This document shows, piece by piece, positions 57,115 through 64,000 of a stretch of DNA of 64,000 nt (position 1 is its first letter; the number at the start of each line of letters is the position of its first letter). The DNA comes from Chloropicon primus (Eukaryota): the NCBI GenBank assembly GCA_023205875.1, contig CP060754.1, positions 1 to 64,000 of the forward strand, given 5' to 3'. The position numbers and the translations under genes are program-made. The notes below the pieces were generated by a model that saw only the letters and a list, made by a program, of their open reading frames with translations, did not search any database and had not been told where the DNA came from.

Positions 57115-59250
57115 TTAGAGCCATATGGGTAGACCCACATTCTCGAACACCCGGATTTCTCCGCTGAACCCCGACGTCACAATCGTCTGCCCCACTGCAG
57201 CGGCTGCCCGCATGGCCGTTTCGCCTGCCCTCTGCGCGTCCTCCCTCTCCTGGTCGGCCTTGGTCTTCCCCAAACCCAACCGCTTGAGGCTCGGCTTCAC
57301 CAGGGCCTCGGCAGCTTTTGTGGGGGGAGCAATGCCAAGGTTCCCGGAAATGGTCACGTTGTCGTGGTGAGGCGCGAAAACGGCAGAGGTGACGATGTCG
57401 TCGCTTGCCAAGAAGCTCTCGAAGGAGGCGTTCTTGTCGCTCCTGTAGCCGGTGTAGAACGGGTTCACGCTGGGGATGAAGGTGTTGATCGTGGACCAGA
57501 TGCACACAGAGCCGTCCTCCGAGCCGCAGGCAACGAAACCCCCGCCAGGAGAGAATCCAGAGGCGATCTGGCTGTTCGCGTTCCTGTGGCCCTTGTACTT
57601 GCAGCACAGAGTGAACCCATCGTACATCCTTATCCTGCTGTCGTTCGAGGTCACTAGCAAGAATCGGTCGACCCCTGGCATGTACTGCAGACCCGTGATC
57701 TTCTTTCCTCTCGAGTTCTTCCCCCTCGTGTTCTTCACGTCCATCTGGGTGATGTACTCGAACTGATTTCCCTCGACGGAGTAGAACCGGCACTTTCCCT
57801 TGTAGCTCCCTATAACAGCCTTCTTGCCATCCGGGGAGAAGCACACCGCGGTGACCATCTCGTGGATGTTCACCCAGTCGATCACAGTCTGCTCAGGAAT
57901 GCTCCAAAGCCTGACCTTCTCGTCCAGCGACCCACTGAGGAAATACTTGTCGTCTATCGGGTGGAACTGGATGGAAGTCACGAAGTCCGTGTGGCTGAAG
58001 ACCCGCAGGCACTCGTTCATGCTGATGTGCCACAGCCTCACAGTCTTGTCCATCGAGGAGGAGAGCAAGAACTGAGTTTTCGACCAGCACAGGTCGAGGA
58101 TGTCCGCCTTGTGACCTCCGTAAAGTCTGTAGGGCTTGGAGTGGAAGAAAGAGTTCTTCTTGTCCTCCGACTTGGCGTTCTCAGATTTAGCGCCCTCTTT
58201 CACCTGCCAGATTCTGACGATCTCGTCCTGGCCAGCGGTCGCCAAGTACATTCCATCGACGCTGAATTTCATGCTCCAGACTGCGCCCTTGTGAGCCACG
58301 AGCTCCTGGGTTATCCTAAGGTCGGTGAACTCCTTGTAGATTTTCTTGTGGACGTTCACTTTCACCTGCTTCCCAGTCTTTCCGCCTGGCGTCCAAAATT
58401 CGTCCTCCTGGTTCTGGCTAGCAGACTCCCCCACGCCGGATGCGGACTCCCCCTCCCCCTTGGCGTCCTTTGGCCTGAAGGTCTCGGCAAGGGCATCCCC
58501 GGCGTTCAGTGCCTTGGACTTGAGGGTGTTCAAGCTCTTTTGGAACCACTTCTTCTTCGGCAAGCCGCCCCTATTCTTTCGGATGGCCTCCCCTTCGTCG
58601 TCCGAGGAATAAATTAGCTTTGGCGGGCCACCGTCGCCGCTATCCTTGTCCCTCCGCGTCATCTCTCTCATCAATGGACTCCGCAAACCAATGTTCTTCT
58701 CGAACTGGGCCATGCTGAGCTCTTCGCCAGTGTCCACCTGCACCATAGCTTGAGCGTCCTTGTCACTCGTTTGTTCCGCGTCCACGATGAACTCGGTCCC
58801 GGTGTCCAGGTCCTTGATCCTGTACACCTTCTCAAGGACATACTCCTTCCCCGTGCCCGCGTCACGGACTTTCATGGACTCCTTGCCGTCCTGGAGCGTG
58901 GTCTGGGGCGACTTGCTCACCCTCCCCTCCTCCTCTTCGGCAACCACATTCTTCTTCGCCTCGGAGACGGCGACGTCCAGCTCTGCGAGCTTCTTCGCCC
59001 CCGCAACGCTGCTGGATTCCTCGCTGACCTCCCTGGTCTCGGACGCAAGGCTTGCGGGGGCTTCCTTCTCCGCTGAGGGTGCCGAAGTAGCACCGCCAGC
59101 TGCGTCTCCTTCCTCGTCCTCCAAATTCAAACTATCCACCCTGAAGTTCTCTGGCAACGGCACTTCCCGATAAGATGACGTGGCGCGGCTCCCGTCGTCC
59201 GAGAAGTCCTCGTCCGCAGAGAGGAAGTCCTGTCGCGAGGCCACCGCCAT
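57115..59250 (-). CDS. WD40-repeat protein, WDR44-like
   Basis: AHKGAVWSMKFS, LSSSMDKTVRLWH, HTDFVTSIQFHPIDDKYFLSGSLDEK, VTSNDSRIR. Confidence 0.88.
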   Translation of the reverse strand: MAVASRQDFLSADEDFSDDGSRATSSYREVPLPENFRVDSLNLEDEEGDAAGGATSAPSAEKEAPASLASETREVSEESSSVAGAKKLAELDVAVSEAKKNVVAEEEEGRVSKSPQTTLQDGKESMKVRDAGTGKEYVLEKVYRIKDLDTGTEFIVDAEQTSDKDAQAMVQVDTGEELSMAQFEKNIGLRSPLMREMTRRDKDSGDGGPPKLIYSSDDEGEAIRKNRGGLPKKKWFQKSLNTLKSKALNAGDALAETFRPKDAKGEGESASGVGESASQNQEDEFWTPGGKTGKQVKVNVHKKIYKEFTDLRITQELVAHKGAVWSMKFSVDGMYLATAGQDEIVRIWQVKEGAKSENAKSEDKKNSFFHSKPYRLYGGHKADILDLCWSKTQFLLSSSMDKTVRLWHISMNECLRVFSHTDFVTSIQFHPIDDKYFLSGSLDEKVRLWSIPEQTVIDWVNIHEMVTAVCFSPDGKKAVIGSYKGKCRFYSVEGNQFEYITQMDVKNTRGKNSRGKKITGLQYMPGVDRFLLVTSNDSRIRMYDGFTLCCKYKGHRNANSQIASGFSPGGGFVACGSEDGSVCIWSTINTFIPSVNPFYTGYRSDKNASFESFLASDDIVTSAVFAPHHDNVTISGNLGIAPPTKAAEALVKPSLKRLGLGKTKADQEREDAQRAGETAMRAAAAVGQTIVTSGFSGEIRVFENVGLPIWL

Positions 59251-59732
59251 GACAACGCAGGTTGAAGGGTGGTGAGAGAATGAGAACGCCTCAGTTAGCC
59301 CGAGTTCGAGTTCGAGTCTGATTTCCAGGGGGGGTGGGGGAGCAGAAGCTTCGATCCACGCGAGGAGGAGCGATTGCCTCCGAGGCGCCCACTCCCTCTC
59401 CCCTCGTCGAAGCCGCGTTTGAATGACACGCAAGCCATAGCTCCCTCTCCCGCCGTGCGCGTCCGTTCACTCACCTCCCCATCCGACTCTGTGTCAGTTT
59501 CCCGTTGTTCGTGTTCGGTTCGCTCCACTGTATTTGTTGGTGTTTCCGCTCCCGTCGTTTCCTCCCCTCTTCCTTCCTCCTTCCCCTTTTCATTCGTGGT
59601 TGATGTTGAGGTCCCTCCCTCCCTCTCCTCCCTCCCCGTTTTGTCTTCCTCCCTCTCCTCCATCCCCCTCCTTCCTCTTCCTCTCTCTCGCCTCCTCGCC
59701 GCTCCTCGCCCTCCGCTGCTCGTGCTCTGCAA

Positions 59733-59775
59733 GCCAAGGCCAAGGCCAAGGCCAAGGCCAAGGCCAAGGCCAAGG
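59733..59775. repeat. (CCAAGG)n microsatellite followed by (AAC)n tracts in the region upstream of the WDR44-like gene
   Basis: Read directly. Confidence 0.85.
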
Positions 59776-59938
59776 AAAGGACGAGGGAGGCTGGAGGACT
59801 CCACAAACAACAACAAGAACAACAACAACAACAAGAACAACAACAACAACAAGAAGAAGAACACCGACAAGAACAAGAGCGAGAGAAGTGGACAAGCCAA
59901 GGATTCCAGGATTCTTTGACAGGGGGAGGGAGTGGGGG

Positions 59939-60698
59939 ATGGGGACCAGGGGGATGGGGGCGTCGCTGAGGGAGTTGATGGGAGAGGAGGGGGGGGAGGA
60001 AAGGGGGAGGAAAGGGGGAGAGAGGGGGGAGGAGGAACGCAAGAATGACCTGAGGTATTTCATCAAGACGAAGAAAGGGGAGGCCGTAGACATCATCAAG
60101 GCCGCGATACTGAGCCGACCTTCGGCCAGGCGCAGCAGTCCATTGAAGGCGTCGGGGGAACAAAGATATCAGATTGAGAGTTACGGGGGTCAAGATCGAA
60201 GATACGAGAGTCCCCTCGCGGGACGGCTGAGTGAGCTGCTGGGGACGGACCTCCCGGGGGAAGATGGGACGTCCCGGGATGTGGTGGTAAGTTCTTAGGA
60301 CACGCGCACGCACGCACGGACGCACGCACGCACAGAGACGAAGAGAGGAGTTTCTATGTCTTCGGGACTGACCTTTTGCTGGCTCGTGATGCGCGCCGTG
60401 GCTGCAGATTGCGAGTAACTCCACTCAGGTCCAGGAGTGGAGCCCCGCCAGTGCGATGAGGATAGCGAGGCTGAAGGCTGTAAGTGTTTCCCTGAGGTTT
60501 TTCTTTTTGCCGAGTCCGAAGAAGACTCCTTTTCTCTGCCGTGCACTCTCGACCGAACCGTCTGCTGGATCAGTGGCCTGACTTCGATCTCCCTCGTTCC
60601 AACTCGTGCAGAGAGACTGCGATATTGTCCCTAGAACCGCGATCACAAAGTCCAGGAAGAAGAAGGGAGCGAAACGGTCTCTGGCGCTGGACCACTGA
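59939..60698 (+). CDS. Small hypothetical protein; introns 60287-60407 and 60480-60611
   Basis: Two GTAAGT...CTGAC...GCAG introns join three in-frame exons. No recognisable domain. Confidence 0.45.
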
Positions 60699-61181
60699 CC
60701 TGGCACCACGACGAAAGGATGAATGCCTTCTTGTAACATCATCATAGGATCTATAAGAAAGCCAAGTAAGCAGTACTCTCTTATTCAGCGCTTGGCGTTC
60801 GGCTCTCCCCTTCGCCATTGCGTTCACGGGAGGTGGTTTAGGATGATGCCCCCCCCTGATCCTGATCTGTCTCCTTCCAAATCCAAATCCTTTGGGTTCG
60901 GGGGACCAGACGTTCTCTGGCCTTCTGGCGTCAAGGGCGGACGACGCACTTGTTCTTACCCGTGCCTGCCGTGTGTGCGGTTGGAAGGGAAGGGAGGCGC
61001 CGCGGCGGTCACCTAGGGGGCCGCAGGGCCGCAAAGATTCCACCTTTGTCCGAGTTGAAACGCTCTTTCGTGGAGCCAAGCCCAAGCGAAGCGAAGGGAA
61101 GGGAAGGGAAGGGAAGGGACAGAAAACAACAGCTGACAGCTTGTCCGGTGGTTGGGGCGCAGAACTCGCTGTTTGCGAAAG

Positions 61182-62420
61182 ATGAGACGGACGGGCCTGC
61201 TCTTCGTGGCGCTCGTCTTCCCACTCTTCCACTCGGCGGCCTCGTTGCCGTTCCGAGGGGATGAGGAAGCCAGGAACTCGACCGGGGAGAGCTTTCGTGA
61301 GGACCCTCGGCTGGAGCTGGAGTGCGAGCGACAGAACGGGTTCCCAAACTCGCTGTCTTGCTCCGAGTCGGAGTGGTTCGTGCAAGGTTACAGCGACTTC
61401 CGGGAGGATCTTGCGGACTCGGGTCTTCTCCCGTTGGGCCAGGTGCACTGCTGCACTCCGAAGGACGATAAAGTGGATGCCGTCCACGTCAAGTGCTCCG
61501 CACGTCGCGGTGTTGAAAACTGTGCTTTCTTGAGGCACAAGCCCGAGAACCTGTCGTCCTTCTTGGTCGGATTCTCGGGCTCCCTCCGCATCGACGATAT
61601 CGAGTATGCCCCACGGGGCGCGGCGGTGTGCTGCGATGCAATAGCCGAAATGAGGGACGGTAGCAGGCGATACATCTCTCCGTGCGACTGTTTGGTGACG
61701 GAGGAGGTCCTTTGCCCGCGTACGAACAACGGCCTGTACAGAGATAGGGTGATGACTGGCTTTCTTGTGGACACGAACATCGGAGTCCCGCTCACGCCGG
61801 CCGAGTGCTGCTCCATGTGCCTTGGCGAGGTTGTTCCCCCGGACAGCGATTGTCCGCGCTACGACCACTGCAGCAGTCGGGGCGTATGCCACGGCGGTTT
61901 TTGCGAATGCGTCGATGGATACTCGGGAATGGACTGCTCCTTGAGGCGGAACTTGACCCTGGAAGAGCTCTTTCGAAATTACTCGTGGGACGTGCTGGTG
62001 TGCAGTGCCTCGGGAACGATCGTCTTCTTGTGGGTGTTCTTTTTCGTGAGGAGGGGCCGCGAAAGGAGTCATCCTGAAGAAGGTGTAAGGAGAGGAAGCA
62101 GCAGGGACAGGCTCTTGGACTACATCGAGCTTATCGATGAGGACAGTGACAACGACACCGAAAGCAGTGCTGGAGAGGGGGAGGGGGAGCAATCCGAGGA
62201 CGAGGAGAAAGGGGAAGTCCTGAGAAACGTCGCAGGTGACGAAAGTGCGAAAGATGCATCTGACGGGTGCGTCATTTGCATGAGCTCCAAGAAGCTTGTG
62301 GTTTTAGTGCCCTGTGGCCACTCTTCCATTTGCAGAAAATGTTCGAGGAGACTTGACACTTGTCCGTTCTGCAGGCAACCCATCATAAAGAGGCAAAAGA
62401 TATATTTTGCAGGGAACTGA
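61182..62420 (+). CDS. Type I membrane protein: Cys-rich ectodomain + EGF-like + TM + C3HC4 RING
   Basis: Signal peptide; CSSRGVCHGGFCECVDGYSGMDC; TM; CVICM...PCGH..ICRKC...CPFCR. Confidence 0.85.
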   Translation: MRRTGLLFVALVFPLFHSAASLPFRGDEEARNSTGESFREDPRLELECERQNGFPNSLSCSESEWFVQGYSDFREDLADSGLLPLGQVHCCTPKDDKVDAVHVKCSARRGVENCAFLRHKPENLSSFLVGFSGSLRIDDIEYAPRGAAVCCDAIAEMRDGSRRYISPCDCLVTEEVLCPRTNNGLYRDRVMTGFLVDTNIGVPLTPAECCSMCLGEVVPPDSDCPRYDHCSSRGVCHGGFCECVDGYSGMDCSLRRNLTLEELFRNYSWDVLVCSASGTIVFLWVFFFVRRGRERSHPEEGVRRGSSRDRLLDYIELIDEDSDNDTESSAGEGEGEQSEDEEKGEVLRNVAGDESAKDASDGCVICMSSKKLVVLVPCGHSSICRKCSRRLDTCPFCRQPIIKRQKIYFAGN

Positions 62421-62534
62421 AGGAGCTTCTCTGGAAACCCTTGATGATCCCCCTTTTCTGTACCTTTTTGTTTATTAACTGGATGTAACAGTATTCTTCA
62501 GATCAAGACGAGCCAACAAAAAGAAAGTGTTGCA

Positions 62535-64000
62535 TTACAAAAGACTCGCAATGTCGTCTTCGCGCAAGACATTGTCGTAGAGGAACAGATCCTTCACGAC
62601 TCCCGCAAAGGAGTTTGTGGATCCAACTCTCGCCTTCCCAAAGGTCGGAGGGATCGCTTGGCTCAGTCTTGCGGTGCTGACAAACCCATCGCCGCTGTCC
62701 CCGCGTCCCATGTACAGAGTCAGCTTCTTGCCTTCAAAGACTAGCACGATGGACAAGGGCTTCCTGATCTGAACCTTGTCGATCTCGATCGGCGAGACTT
62801 CGCCATTGATCACGATGCTCAGGATATCATTCCCTTCACCCGTGATCTCTGAATTCAACTTGAGCTGAATGTAGAGGTCCAGGGGCAGCTCTTGGCACTG
62901 CGATATCAGCTGGAACATGGTTTGATGGATCCGGCTGTACGTGTCGAGAGAGAAGGTGAACCCCATGCTGAAGTTGTTTCCAGTCAGGCCGACGTCTGAG
63001 ATAAGCAGGTACTGGTCCTTTCCGTCAAAATGAACCCCATTTGGCGTGAAAGAGTCAGAATCCAGGCCCCCGTTCCCAACCGCGTAGCTGCTCGGGCCGT
63101 AAGCGCCCGAGTTTGTCCCGTTGAGCGTCAACGGGTAGTAGTACTGAGGTATCACAGGTAAGCTGGCTTTTCTCACCCTCACGCCAGCGTGAACTTCTTC
63201 GGTAAGGTTGGACATGGCTTTCAGATGCTCGCTCAGATTGGTGCATACCGCTCCGCCGGCTCCAAGGTCAAAGCTGCCGCTGGGTCCATCGGCAACGATC
63301 GCGTCGGTGTCCGCCCTTGGAGTTACTTCCACTTCCTCCCCGTCTTCTACTTCTGCTTCAGATCCTTTGCAGAATCTCGCAATGTCTTCTGGGGAAAGTA
63401 CCTCTTCAAATATCTTTACGTTCTTGATCGATCCTTCCAAATTCTCACCCCTCAATTCCGACGAAGAAGCGGTGTCTCCCCCGATCCACATTTCACCTTG
63501 GAAGTTTGGCAGCTGTGGCATCCCCCCCTTCCTGTCAACCAACCAGCCATTCTCGTAGAAGTACCACAAGCCCTCCTTGTCGTCAACAGCAATGGCAATG
63601 TTGTTATCGATGTTGTCTTGCAGAACAAGGGTAGAAGTGTAACCAACTGGACCGGTCTCGAACCTCAACTTGCTCACGTCGTTTTCTGCTTTGGCACTGA
63701 TTGTGAAGTTCCACTTATTGGACAAGCCTCTGAGTAAGGTGCTGTCGAGTCTTGCGGTGGGTGATGTGACTGAGAAGCAGATCGTCGTGCCTTCGCCCTC
63801 GTTGAGCTTCACCTCAGGGATCTGAAGAAAGCTCTTGCGACCCAGGGTAACTCCAGAGTCGAGGAACTCTGATCTGCTGACTGTGCCCACGAGCTTGTAT
63901 GATGAGTTGCCCACCCTTTTGCTGGTACCGTACGGGGGAGCGTCCGTGAGAGGCCAATTGTACGCCGGAACCTTCTCCCTTGTGCTTCCCATGTGAGTCG
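62535..64000 (-). CDS. Tandem LamG/concanavalin-like domain protein, probably 5'-partial
   Basis: Two LamG-like units (FYENG..WIGG..GSIKNVKIF; FDGKDQY...FAGVVKDLFLYDNVL). Frame is open to the window edge. Confidence 0.7.
   Translation of the reverse strand, partial: THMGSTREKVPAYNWPLTDAPPYGTSKRVGNSSYKLVGTVSRSEFLDSGVTLGRKSFLQIPEVKLNEGEGTTICFSVTSPTARLDSTLLRGLSNKWNFTISAKAENDVSKLRFETGPVGYTSTLVLQDNIDNNIAIAVDDKEGLWYFYENGWLVDRKGGMPQLPNFQGEMWIGGDTASSSELRGENLEGSIKNVKIFEEVLSPEDIARFCKGSEAEVEDGEEVEVTPRADTDAIVADGPSGSFDLGAGGAVCTNLSEHLKAMSNLTEEVHAGVRVRKASLPVIPQYYYPLTLNGTNSGAYGPSSYAVGNGGLDSDSFTPNGVHFDGKDQYLLISDVGLTGNNFSMGFTFSLDTYSRIHQTMFQLISQCQELPLDLYIQLKLNSEITGEGNDILSIVINGEVSPIEIDKVQIRKPLSIVLVFEGKKLTLYMGRGDSGDGFVSTARLSQAIPPTFGKARVGSTNSFAGVVKDLFLYDNVLREDDIASLL

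Overview
Gene-dense eukaryotic nuclear DNA from a compact, GC-rich green alga. Evidence: Lhca1, nucleus-encoded plastid Rps16/MiaB/FKBP, and short GT-AG introns with CTGAC branch sites. The organisation looks prasinophyte/Chloropicon-like, which is my inference only. About 35 protein genes can be supported, mostly housekeeping (RPAP1, Gln-dependent NAD synthetase, eIF3a, PIG-A, CMC2, MSH4, TAP46, RRP6L3, WDR44-like and others). Highlights: (1) a ~330-bp relic of a TnpB/Fanzor-type RNA-guided nuclease element between miaB and a hydrolase. It keeps the zinc finger/RuvC-III tail and a foldable ~130-nt downstream segment that resembles an omega-RNA scaffold. (2) All three parts of a His-Asp phosphorelay within 21 kb: a hybrid kinase with no recognisable sensor, an Hpt, and a class III cyclase-receiver fusion lying tail-to-tail with the Hpt. 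(3) A ~2.06-kb tandem array of a sulfotransferase-like gene alternating with copies of the TAP46 promoter region, including a perfect 41-bp inverted repeat. (4) A head-to-head pair of non-heme iron oxygenases. (5) Several unusual fusions: ubiquitin-UBL, LRR-transglutaminase-like-EF-hand and EGF-TM-RING. All family calls are from motif recognition; no searches were run.
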